A program made the position numbers and the translations under genes. Under the pieces are notes generated by a model, which was not told the origin of the DNA, made no database searches, and saw only the letters and a list, made by a program, of their open reading frames with translations. From Paraphysomonas bandaiensis (lineage: Eukaryota; Protista; Chrysophyceae): a stretch of 64,000 bases of DNA. Below, piece by piece: positions 39,701 through 51,834 of this stretch. Position 1 is the stretch's first letter. The number at the start of each line of letters is the position of its first letter. The stretch is taken from positions 496,001 to 560,000 of the forward strand of contig CBFFRP010000298.1 in the NCBI GenBank assembly GCA_965644295.1, in the 5' to 3' direction.

Positions 39701-41034
39701 GCATCGAACTTCGGATTTGTCGTGTCAATCGCTGACTGTTAACGTCATTGTCTCTCACCGACTCATCCTCAGGTTGATGCACTGCGAAGTCAGCCATCAT
39801 GACTTTAAGAAGGTCCAATCCGGTCGAAAGGCTTTCACTTGCTTTCGTCAACTCCGCTTCAAAGACGTTTCGAATCTACATATTATAAAACGAACATATT
39901 GTGAGGGACTAAAACTAGGATAGCAGTTCAAACACTGTATGATGATATTACACATTATATACTACATGCTGTGCATACAATCCGACATTCACATTAAATT
40001 AACTGCACAACCTGAAGTACTTTCGCATCCTTGTCCGCTCGTCCAGCTTTATTCGCAGAGCTAAGAACAGAACTAAAGAGCTGCAACTGCTTCTGTCTCA
40101 CATCCCATATTCTTTGTGGTACACCTTCATCCACAGCCTGTGCTGCAGTGCCGACACCCTCACCACGTAGCTCCTGCAGATACATGTCTTCAAGTTCCAA
40201 AGCCTTACGGGTCAACTCAGGCGCACCATTGCTTGGCCCAAGAAGGCAAAAATCTTGAAGGAGTGGTTTGTTACGTCTGATTTCATCTAAAATTTGGAAA
40301 ATATCTCGCTCCAGAACAGTCATTTGCCGGCGATTCAAACGATAGGAATTGGTAGATTCGTTCTCTACAGATTCAGCTTGAAAGTCTGGATCGCTCACAG
40401 GAGTAATATTCCGCACGTCAGAAATAGACTGAGCAGACTGGTGAATACGAGGTGGCTGAACTTTCAGTAAACCTCTGGTGCAATCACGCGGCTTTCCGTC
40501 CCCTTTTTCTGGACGACTTTGGGCTAATATCGTGGAAGGCGATTGTGTATTAACATCCGTCACGCCACGATTACTCTGTGTCTTTTCCACACGCCTGGTA
40601 GATTCCTTATCCAATTCTTGGCTTTTATTACTAGCAACTGAACTCTTGTACATACGAGACATAATTGCCGCACGAGAAAGCTTTTGCATAACTTCTTCTT
40701 CCACTTTTTGGGCTAATCTGGCCGTCATATCAGCCTCTGCTTTACTAGACTCCTCCAGCTGCTTCATTCTATACTCCTGCTCCTTAATCTTCGCATTAAG
40801 TCTCCTATACTCCGCATCCTTCTCCATTTCCTTATCTCTAGTATTGTGTTTATTAGTTCGTCCTCTTTGATCGTTTTTGGCTCCGTGTTTCTTTATAGTT
40901 GACTTGTTACCACTAGAGACACCTTTATCGCCCTCTACAGATGATGGTGGATCATGACGTCTTTTTGAAGGTTTCCCTCTACTACGGGATTTATTTCCTG
41001 TGTCTGATTGAGATGATTTGGGTGTTTCTTCCAT
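36753..41034 (-). CDS. SMG6-like protein: EST1/14-3-3-like helical domain plus C-terminal Regnase/Zc3h12a-type NYN ribonuclease
   Basis: AIDFYKHAAHVAPFEGSVYRSLASLA...AAYYLSRGMVAEISYPPARE (EST1-like); IVIDAPNVAMRHG, TPSQDYDDSY, IISNDMYRDH, SYTFVGDEFLPNPD (NYN with acidic catalytic residues present); stop 36753-36755. Confidence 0.85.
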
Positions 41035-41540
41035 ATGTATGAAATAACTATCCAGCTAACTATATATGTATATATATATCACTATAATACGATAAATACA
41101 CCTATAAGAAGAGTGTTCAATTGAGTGATGTCCATATGAATGATTGGATCGATGTCATTGGCTCGTGAGATATTTCATAGTCGAAGTGACTTCATTGAAT
41201 GGGTCATATGCTGATACCTATACAATACATATACCTATACACTACCTTCCTAATTGCGGAACCATTCTGCCTATACATTGTACCTACATACAGTACTGCT
41301 GCATGTATATGTATATTATATATACGTACATTCTGTACCTACCTACCTACCTACATGCATACATACGTATATATATACATACTGTACCTACCTACCACAG
41401 ACATAGACGCGGTATATACTATACATGGGAATACTGTGGTATGCGGTATACTCGGCTGAGTGTGTGTCCTTTTCTCAGCAATGTTTGTTGCTGCATGATA
41501 CCCAAATAACATTCTCCAGTAATAGACACCACTCTGCGGT

Positions 41541-41765
41541 TTGACTGGGCATTGTAACGCTTTTCATATGCGAGCTTTTCCTCCACACTAAGTTGCGATG
41601 GGTCAATCTAATAGAGTGGTACAAATCGTACAGGTGGTGCTTTTCAGACTCAGATGTAAGGAGGGACAATGCAATCATCATCGCCTTGCAGATATCCTCG
41701 TCTAAGGAGTGGGGAAGTCTAAGCTGCTCTCTTCTCGCTTGCAACTGCTCATCACTGACACACAA
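41541..41765 (-). pseudogene. Duplicated fragment of the SMG6-like exon (source 38894-39140)
   Basis: Near-identical, same orientation, with a 22-nt frameshifting deletion (ATCTCCATAGCACTCACTCCAA) and scattered substitutions. Confidence 0.92.
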
Positions 41766-42114
41766 TCTAGCATGTGATCCACTAGGTGATCAGGACACAA
41801 CCAAAAATGTGCAGTGATGGCAACATCTTATATCGGCCAGCGGTAGTTTTTATTCGGAAACGTAGAGGCTAGAATCTACACGTTGACAGCATTAGGGGAC
41901 ATACCATGAGATCTTTCTCGGCCTCAGTTATACATATCCACCAGTTATCGTAGTTAGACAATATTACATCTTCGTGTAAACAAGATAATAAACTACTGCA
42001 TTTCGACTCTGAGTACCCCTACTGCTTTATTTTTTACCCGAGCAGAGAATGTGTATTGTATCTTAGATGTTCATTCCTTATGAATCAGAGTTTTATACTC
42101 TATACTATGTACTG

Positions 42115-42298
42115 ACGGAAGTGGTTGCACCTTGGTGCTTGCGGCGACGCACAAGCAGCTTCTGTAGTGTTAAATAGTAGGATAATAGAATTTGTGCTGA
42201 TTAGTTATGGGTAGAGGCTTACTAGTAGACTAGTATTCAACTAGCCGCTATATCGGAACGAGTTTTCAACGCCTATTGCTAAATAAAAAGACATTCAA
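42115..42298 (+). mobile_element. Dispersed repeat copy D, 184 bp, flanked by a 14-bp target-site duplication
   Basis: TATACTATGTACTG at 42101-42114 and 42299-42312; interior matches the reverse complement of 11365-11550. Confidence 0.85.
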
Positions 42299-42668
42299 TA
42301 TACTATGTACTGTGCTAACCCCGGAAGCATTGTGCATTGTAATATTGTGATGAGTATCAGGCCTGAGAATATGTAATATGTAGATATGTAGGGAGCGCAA
42401 CAGTTATCAACACACACTAAAGGTTAAAGTGTTTATCTGCTATAACATGGCGAAATTAATAACGAGGAGTGAGGAAGTAGGTGATCTTCTTTACGTGTAG
42501 TATACGAGAGCAGAACTATGGAAGATATAAGATATAATGTGAAATTAGAAATATGTGCAGTATACATGTTTGCATAAGTTTAAAGTAGTTAACGCTGAAG
42601 AAGAACGGAGGATATGTTACGATTATTAACTATTCAGGTTTTCTATCTATTATTCAATGTGAACTAGG

Positions 42669-44114
42669 TCATAGGCTATCTGTGTCAAACATCTTCTTGC
42701 CAATATGAAATAACACCCAACCGAAATGCATAATCCCTGAGCTTTCAATGTATAACGCTGCTTTAATAAAACCAATTGTTCCTGGAAGATTTAAAAATTT
42801 CGTTGGGTACTGCTTCGCGACCATTTGGGCCGGAAGTTGAACTGTGTTAAGCGCAAAGAGTACTCCACAAAATCCAGTAAGAACAAATGTCCCAACTAAC
42901 TTAGGAGGTAGAAATGACTGTCTGTAGTGGTGATAATTTGCATATGTGGTGAGCGACGCCATCGTAAACATAGACAGCACCACAAGAAACTGTCTTCCTA
43001 TGAGAAATCGCTTAACCGTATCCTTATCAGTATCAATAAGTTCACTAACACGATAGGCGTTGCTTCCAGGAGCTCCACATTCAGCAGCATCCTTATGTTG
43101 TACTGCAAGTACAGCTACCTGCAAACCTTCCAAATAAAACTCTGCAGCCATGCAAGAAAATAGCAACACCAGCAACAGTGCTGGGTGGACCGATAACAGA
43201 GGTTGGTTAAAGAGAATTCCGTAAAAAATAAGAGCAGCAGCAAATAGTGTCAAACCAGATGAGAAAACCAACTTCAATAACGTTACTAGTGAACTAATAG
43301 CGCCGCTTTGAATCGGATTCATCTGCGCAATCTCCAGCAGATTTACGTCGTCATGGGAGAGCATTTCCACGTCACCAGAAACTTGGCTTCTACCACTAGA
43401 CGAAGGTGCATTACCCCAAATCAAAGTATGTGTGCTTCGACTAAGGTCTAGTGAGTCAATAGGGTTGTCACTACTACAATCAGGTGTATCTCTGCCCCAA
43501 GCGAATATACCATGCACCAATGTGTAAGACATTACCCAGGAAAAGTGTGTAAATATTCCTATAGATTCAATAAATTGGGCAGCCTTGATAAAGAATAACG
43601 ACCCCCTTATATTTATAAATCTAATAGTATATTCATCAGCAATGAGTTGAGGGAATAACTGACCGATTGTCAACGTTATCATGACTCCAGGTAAACCTGT
43701 TTTGATCAACATGGTCTCGAATCCTGATGGTAATATAGGAGGAAGCCCGGGAAAACTTGTCAGTTGAGATATAAAGAATACAAGGCCAATAACACATAAC
43801 TGTCTACCCATCAAGTATCTCTCAACTATTCCTGGCTTGTTAATAGCGGTGTACACAGCATGGGCACGAGCATGGGTTTCGACCAGCTTCCGTGACTGTG
43901 ATTCATGAATTTCACTTAAATTCACTACAGCAACTTGACCAGATTCAAAATATGCAAGTAGTCCAAGAGCGATTGCAAGAAGCAAAAAATTAACCCCAGT
44001 GGGGATAGGAAGACGATTGTATCCACTGAATATACCATATAAAACAAATGATACGGAGGTCGCCACAATCACACTAGAGAGTGTGCATTTGAGGTAGTAA
44101 TAGAAGAGGTTCAT
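42669..44114 (-). CDS. SIT: Silicon transporter (SIT), two-repeat ~10-TM type, intronless
   Basis: Repeat 1 YFESGQVAV / RYLMGRQ / GQLFPQ; repeat 2 YLEGLQVAV / RFLIGRQ / VQLPAQ, the EGXQ and GRQ signature of the SIT family; first in-frame ATG at 44114. Confidence 0.92.
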   Translation of the reverse strand: MNLFYYYLKCTLSSVIVATSVSFVLYGIFSGYNRLPIPTGVNFLLLAIALGLLAYFESGQVAVVNLSEIHESQSRKLVETHARAHAVYTAINKPGIVERYLMGRQLCVIGLVFFISQLTSFPGLPPILPSGFETMLIKTGLPGVMITLTIGQLFPQLIADEYTIRFINIRGSLFFIKAAQFIESIGIFTHFSWVMSYTLVHGIFAWGRDTPDCSSDNPIDSLDLSRSTHTLIWGNAPSSSGRSQVSGDVEMLSHDDVNLLEIAQMNPIQSGAISSLVTLLKLVFSSGLTLFAAALIFYGILFNQPLLSVHPALLLVLLFSCMAAEFYLEGLQVAVLAVQHKDAAECGAPGSNAYRVSELIDTDKDTVKRFLIGRQFLVVLSMFTMASLTTYANYHHYRQSFLPPKLVGTFVLTGFCGVLFALNTVQLPAQMVAKQYPTKFLNLPGTIGFIKAALYIESSGIMHFGWVLFHIGKKMFDTDSL

Positions 44115-45639
44115 GCCCGTATTTGCAGGGTGTAGATGGATGAAATGAATAGCATTGAATCCAAGGAGATACACTATCTATTCTGTCTATATAGGCCAGA
44201 GTGTGGGTATGTAGGCAAAGAACAGTTCATACCATGTGTTCCAGTCATATACGTACTCTGACAGTGCTATACGCTATACGGGAACATTACAGAAACAATT
44301 ACACGTCCATATAACTGTGAAATTACATCTGAAAATCAATTTTTCTTCCCTATAAATTGGGCATTTACAGGCTAGGCATTCAGAATATGTTCTAAATATC
44401 AGGCTTTTAAGACCCAAAAAAATGAATTAGCTATTATCTCTGCAAATAACTTCAGTCCCACGTCTAGACGTCTAGATGAATACACTGGGCGGTGTTCTCA
44501 CATGAGTCAGTCAACTCCACCTCATCTGATAATATACTGGGCTGGTATAGTGGCAACTATCACACAGTTCATAACAATCTCAACTTCTATGTATCTCAGT
44601 ATGATGGAGATAATAGTGTTAACTATCAGAGCAGAAGACAGTCTTAGTTAATAACGATAAGGCAGATATTTAATACATCAGTGTGGTTATGCGTTTACAT
44701 TTTATTATATTACTATGTACAGTTACCTAGTGCATTATCAAGGAGGTCCACCCCCAAATAATATGCCTCATTGATGTATTGAATGCAAAAGGATCTGTCT
44801 TGTGTTTCTCCTTTGCGGCATTATATTGACCGCCTCCGCTCTCTCGAAACTCTCACTTTCTGCTCCTGGTAGGGCAACAGTCTGTTCGGAACGAACACCG
44901 CAACTTCAATGATGATTTGTAATATGGATGATATGAGAAATATACAACTAAGTATATCACAAACAAATTTTGTACCCTTCGATCATATGGCACTAAAATA
45001 CGAATGGCACTTATTACAATCATTCTATTAGTTATTGTGAGCACAAAAACTTATCCAACTCAAAGATAAGATAGGAGGAGAACGAAGGCTAGTGACGGGA
45101 TTGCTGGTAATGAGAAGCTAGTGGGATTCTAAATGAAGGGAAGCCATCACTCTCCCAGTAGTTGAAATTGGAAATGAAAAATGAAGAATATTTAATATTT
45201 ATATACGGTTTAGACTGTATTTTTTAATTATACTAAAGCTGTGCCGTGCCAACAGTTCAACTTTATTGGAATGAAGAGTTCCAACTAGTTTTGGCGCACT
45301 TCTACTTGGAGTTATTATGTTAATATTGTTAGTTTACACAAGTTCCTTCGATATCTTGAGTAGCCATGGTAAAAATTACGAGGAGGAGCTGGGAGTAGAA
45401 AGTGTGAGTCTTACAAATTTAAGACCGACTTTTCGGTATGGAGCATCAATATTGGTCATATATATAGAAACTAAAGTCGAATTGAATACACAGAAACGAA
45501 CTAACTTTGCTTAACTTTTCTCACAGGATAAGAAACTGAAGCCGACTTCAATACACTACTAGTCCATATTCTAGTAAGAAGACTATCCTAAACAACTATA
45601 ATACACCACTCATATTGATACAACATTAATAATCTGCAA

Positions 45640-46865
45640 CTAGACAAGAGTTCGTTTGCGAACAATCGCAGCATTGACAGTCTGATGCAGAGGATCGGAT
45701 AGCACAAATTCTGCATCTGCCTTCTTGGTCTCATTCATATATTCCTGCAGCTGATTTAACACATACGACTCCAAGTGGCTGTCGTCCGGTTTGGAGTCAA
45801 TATCAGCAATAATACTCTGTTGACGAAGTGAGAAAAGAGAGCAGTAGTCAAAGTTTCAAGCAGTACAGGGAGTAAATCCAGTGCATGCCATATTACGCTA
45901 CGAAATTACCTTCAAAGAACGAATACGCGATTGTGCTTGTGCCGCACGCTGCTGCATCTGCTCTACATCCTGCACGATCTGGGCGATGCTGTCAGGTGCC
46001 TCAGGTCCCCTTGCGTAGTTTACCATAGTGTACAACCAACCCTCTGCTTGCTTATACAATGCAGCGTTTCTTTTTATCTCACTCGTACTGTTTAATGCGC
46101 TTAGAGATGGAGAGGGTTGCACATCCGGGTTTTGGACTGCAATAACCAGTCCCATAATTCGTAATATCTAGAAGCACAAGCAAAAACAGAATGAGTGTAT
46201 AGTTGCTGCTGCAATGCGAAAATCCTGCTGAGGTGCAGTAGTCTAAAAATTATGAATCGCTACTAGCGTAGTCAAGTAACATAACGCATACGTCAATAAA
46301 TGATTAACACAGTTTAGCTCTGTTTGTGTATATACATTGTAAGCACAAATCGCTTACCTCCAAAATATCTCCAATTTGATGTTTCTGTATAACATCATCC
46401 GGAAACGATTTCCGTAAATCATCAATCGATAGAGGGTCTTCTGTCATCAATCTCGACAATATTACTGCTGTTTTTTCTCTTAATATAGAGCCAAGTTTAG
46501 CTTTAGTTATAGTTGGTTGGCTTGAAGTTGGAGTAGATTCACCAGAAACAGCTGATGAACCGCCTGGGGGCGATTCTTTTTTGTCACCACCTACAGTTGT
46601 ATCACATAACCCTAGACTACACAATAAATCATATTCACATACCAATCTTTCCGGTCTTATTCCGCCCTGATAGAGGAGGTCTCCCTCTTGGTCTCTTAGC
46701 AGGGGGTGCACTAGTCTGTGAGGGTGTTTCATTCTTGGTACTAGACTCAGAGTCACTGGCAACAGAACCGTTTTCAGGGATAGAGACTTGTAGTGTGCGT
46801 CCAGGAGGTCTCCCTCGCCCCCTTCCTCTACCCCTGCGGGCTCCAGGGGGGACTTCTTGTGACAT
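45640..46865 (-). CDS. AT-hook DNA-binding protein with a possible winged-helix-like domain, 4 exons
   Basis: RGRGRPP and KRPRGRPP AT-hooks; ILSRLMTEDPLSIDDLRKSF...IGDILE|ILRIMGLV; exons join in frame; stop 45640-45642. Confidence 0.7.
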
Positions 46866-47478
46866 ACACGTATAGTCCTCGTAGCAACAGACCGGCCTGT
46901 TGATTAACAGCTTATTATTAATATATTGAAAGAGTTTCGTCTATTGTTACTTATGAGAAGTTCGTCACGGGTTAAGAGGATAGTTTATGGTAGATGGTTT
47001 AAGTGGATTGAGTCATCATATATACTCTACTTATATATGGATGGATGTGTAGAAGCTGTGGAGGTACACAGACACTACCATACATACATATACATACATA
47101 CATACACTACATGCACCGGTGTATGGATATACATTGATTCTCACTGCTGTGTGCTTATATATGGCGGTATGTGTACAGTACATCATACCACTGCAGAGTA
47201 TACTGTACTCTATGTATGACTGTATACGGCGGTATACGGCATCTCTTAAGTGTATTATTCCGTTTCAGATGTATGTGTGTGCATGTGTATATATATACAT
47301 GAGAGTTCTATGCATACAAACAGCACATATATATATATATATATATATATAGCGTTACCCGTCTATTTCTGGTGTGACAAGAATTCCAATCGATTGGGAC
47401 TTGCAGCTAGTACCCACCAGTGAATGTGTCTGATGTCTCTTTAGTTTGATTGTATAGAAAGGAAAGGAAACCATCCAA

Positions 47479-48600
47479 ATGAGTGTATATTCATACACTC
47501 TACTCTGCTTTACTCTACTATGGAGCCCATGTATATGTCAATTTGGTGCAGAATATCCAGATGAATGCAATGCAGTGGCTGCTATACAGTGTGAATATGA
47601 ATTCCTACAGTGTCGTTTGTTTCGCGGGCCGGCAGATGATCCAGAGACAATGTGTGCATGTGGGAATGAGTTTTATGGCGATTGCTTACGACGAGCTGGC
47701 TGTGAGTTCAGTGTTGAATTTGACAAACTAGGGAATAATGAAATATATCAAAAGAAATGTGTCGATCATCTTCTCAAGTATGACTGTCCGAATACTTTAA
47801 TGTGTGCAGTGAACTGTGCTAGCGAACGTAACATCGATCAAGATGCGTCTAAAATAATGCCGTTTAATAATTACGGAAGTACGTATTTGCGGTTGCGTTT
47901 TTGTGACCGAGTGGTTCATCCCGGAAGGCTGAAGAAATATTCCGTTGTAGTTGCGGTCGCCTGTTCAGAAATTAGTGATTTTCTCACTTGCACACGCTGG
48001 ATTCCTCCCTTAACTTTTATACCAGTAGCACTTCCTTCAAACACGACGTATATGGAAGTAGATTATTGTGATGTTTATGAGGATGGATCAAGGTTTGCCA
48101 TATATTTTTAAGTCGACGGTTCTAACAACTGTCATGGGAATAGGTTTTGCCATGTCACAGACCCCCCACCTGCACGGGTTTACGGTAGCTCTGTTCTATT
48201 TCCGAGTACATTTAATGTTGCGCAAACGAATGTCTCTGTGTGTTCTACTGATGGTGAGTTGTATATATATTTCTTGTATTCATTGATATCAACATTGCGA
48301 TGCTTGAAAACGAATTTCTTTTGCGCAAATAGTCATGATTTGTTTTGATCGATTTATAATGGATAGATGACTGCCTCGGGAGTTTTTGTGATGACACTTT
48401 CAGACCACGAGTTTGTTCTCCCAAAACGATGTTTCATGTGAGTATCCGCCACTATCAATGCGATGAAACTATGGTTTTAATTGTGGTGTATCGTTGTAAT
48501 TTTACTGTCCTTGGTTTTCTCTCATCAACGTGATATTTGTTGTATGTGCTTTTAGGTCGAAAACAGTGGTCGGTTTTATTTGACTGTACCTTTCGGTTAG
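47479..48600 (+). CDS. Secreted cysteine-rich hypothetical protein, multi-exon
   Basis: Hydrophobic signal MSVYSYTLLCFTLLWSPCIC; dense Cys spacing; downstream exons reach TAG at 48598-48600. Confidence 0.7.
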
Positions 48601-49617
48601 ATTTTGGGATTCGCAGTGTTTAGTAGGGTTATACATACGATATGTGAGTTGTATTTTATTGGAGTCTAGATATTTGTATTGTGGTGTAAGTAACATGAGA
48701 TGAACGAACTCTCTAAGTTGTTTCAAAAGGTCTATTAGCAAAATGATAGGCAATAGGCAAAGTTTCACGTTGCTATTGAATACTCAGTAGTAAAGGCTTC
48801 AGGGTGAGTATAAAAAGAACAGCCGGAGGAGGGGGATTCCTTGAATTTTGTGTCTGTGCGTAGTAGAAATTGTTCATATGCACTGTTAATATACACTGGC
48901 CGTGCACCTGTTATACTTAGTAGTTACAATATACGATACCTCAAACCTCTAAGCATCCGTGTACTTGTAGTAGACACTATAATACACTATACACCACTAG
49001 TCTCTTCCCCTACAGTATATATTAATTATAGTATGTATATTGTAACTACTAAGAAAACAGGGGCAGAGTCGGAGTATATTAACAATGTATATTAACAATT
49101 TCTACTGCCGCTTTAGACCACTACAGATTCAAAGAATCCCCCTCCTAAGTAGAAAGCACAACTAAGTATACCACTCACTATGTCTTGAGACTTAGTGCAG
49201 CATAGTAAACGCGACTTCGAAGAGTTCATAATTTGTTGTTTGTATAAATATGTAAATTGTGTAAAGTAGTTACAGTTGTTGGATAATGGGATATATTGAT
49301 ATATATGGAGAGTGCTTAACAAAGCAACAATGCTACGGTTATGTATAGCAAAATTTTACTGGTGATTGTTAAAGCATAATCATATATCACAAAGTTGGAG
49401 GGTAGGTCATACACAGGCTCCTGAAAAATGGTAGATGATTGATTATTTTAATTAATAGTTCACAAGTAAATATCACTTAAGCACAAATCTCTTAGAAGAG
49501 TACGGCTATCACACTGTCACACATCTAATAAACACAAGTAAAGAGTGAAGTATTATCGATGTAATATATGTAGAAGCGAATGTATAATGTAGCACTCAAT
49601 TAAAATTGTCTACCGTT

Positions 49618-51156
49618 TTACATAAAACAGCACGCAGTCTCATAGAACGACTTCTGTCTACCATAGCGGTGCTTAACTCTGTAGACGTGTCAATACAGTA
49701 TTCATATATAGCAAATCGTACCTATTCCACTCATAAAAGTCCCAGTCAGTATGCTCCACATTTCTCTGTACAGTAGACCTTCCTAATACTTCAAATTCAA
49801 ATTCAGCCAGTTGAAGCTTGAAATTGTTAGTTATCTGAATCGTCGGGCGAACGTTACGAACGTGATTATACGCCTGCTTCAGAAGGACTTTGTGCTTCTC
49901 GATAAGGTACATTATGACAATTGATGCTGCTCGAGCAGCACCTGTAATATATATTAGCTAAACGGACCTGTGCATAAGGTGTTGGGTTGAAAGCTCACAA
50001 TAGATCCAGTGTACATATTCTTTTCTAATCAGAAGTAACTGATTTTCTTACCGCTGAAGCAATAAACAACAACACGCCCTCCAGCATTTTCAGTATGTAA
50101 AATGAACTCGGCGGCTTCCTCATAGAAATCACATAGCTCGGCATCACTGTCATTTTCCACTATAGATACATTCATTATTATAAAGAGCTATACATTATAC
50201 ATTAAAAACACCAACTTACATGGCATGTGCACTTTTTTGTAATTTAAGAATTTCATTGCCGCTTTATTGACGTTTTGACGAGTTAAATCAAGGACATGCG
50301 AAATGCCCAACAGTTGCATAGCTTGAATGTTCTGCGCATCTTCATAGCTACCTAGCACGATACTGTTGGTGACAATACTCTAAAAGTATAAACTATCAAA
50401 TACTACAAAAAGTGGTGCATAATATTCCTACCATTACTTTTAGAGGTGCGAGTAATTTCTTTCTTGGAATGCGCTTTAGCAATACTTCTGGTAGCGGACC
50501 TGTAAATGTAGTAATGTAAGAACTGTACCATTGCCAAGTAGATGCCCCCTATCTTATGATAACTACGGTTTTACTGTCATACCTGGCTTGCGCTTTCGAA
50601 ATAAAACACCTGCTTTGATAATCTCATGTTCCCGCATGAGCGCCTCGTAGTCCTTGATTGTGTGACCTGAAAAAAATACGTTACCAAGAGTAAATTCGAG
50701 ATTATCTTATCACTGACCGCCGTGCTTCTCACTCTGACTTTCTATTGACGATATATCCAGAGTAGAGGTACGACTTTCGCTCTTTCTTTTCTTTTCGTGG
50801 TAAGAGGTCTGTTCCACCGTTTCATATTCATTATCGATTTCGTACTTAGTGGATGTGGATATGGGACGATTCACCCGACATTCTACTTCTTTCTCATGCG
50901 GACGAACAAACATAACACGTGTTTTCTTTTGATGTGGAACATCTGTGGTGGATTTTCTTCTTGGGCGGCTTTCACTGTCATTTATTTTAAGATTGGAGTC
51001 AGCAGTCACAGGCCGTATACGAGAATCATCAACAGCACTTGCAGGCACACGACCAGCAGACCGCATGCTTCTATCATCATCAAGTACAGCAGCTGTTGTA
51101 GGTCGTCGTGTACTTCCTCTGCTCTCCCATAATGCCTCTAATGAGTAATCATCCAT
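49618..51156 (-). CDS. Dual-specificity phosphatase with C-terminal CaaX box, multi-exon
   Basis: IVLGSYEDA..LGISHVLDLT; active site VYCFS|GAARAAS (Cx5R across an intron); MYLI..AYNHVRNVRPTIQITNNFKLQL; ends TACCFM-stop. Confidence 0.88.
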
Positions 51157-51834
51157 AGCTACTTATACATATATATATATAGAGAGAGAGATGTGTGTGT
51201 CTATGTACTAACATACATAGCAACGGACTGCTAGTGAACATACAACACTACAGTACTTCTATTTAACTTCAATAGTATATATTCTGTAGCCCATGCATTG
51301 AGATGATGATCGAGGGATGATGTCCCTTTAACTGTGTATGCAACATCGCATCACAAGCACGGAGATGGATGATAATGGGGCAAAAGGGCTGGTAGTGTAT
51401 ATGGGGATATGGGTGTGTAGATAGGTACACAGAAGTATATGTAGGAGTACTATAGAGTACCTCAATATAGTACTGAAGTACTGAAGCACAGTGGAAGTAC
51501 ACTTCAGTCTCTTTTCTTGTACTGCTGTATGTATATACAGAGTACATGTAGATGTATCTGTGTACATGTATTTCCATACATTATATCCACACGTACATCC
51601 AGCAGTACAGCGTATGGGCAGTCAGCATTATATTTTTCGGAAATATATTGAAGCAAAATTCTTTTATATTACTGAAGTACATCTACGGCTGGAATACAGA
51701 TCATTTTTGTCTCAATATTTGAGGCATCTTGGAACAAAAATATACAAAGGATGCCGATACCAGAGATATGCCTGCCTATCTATCCATCTATCTCTCCATA
51801 TAATCGTATCACTTGGATCTAATCTACCCCACCA

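Noticed and set aside
42135-42160. Group II intron domain V mimic (GNRA loop, AC bulge)
   Set aside because: Stem too short, no AGC/CGC triad, no domain VI
42347-42366. C/D box pair GTGATGA...CTGA
   Set aside because: Spacing far too short for a snoRNA
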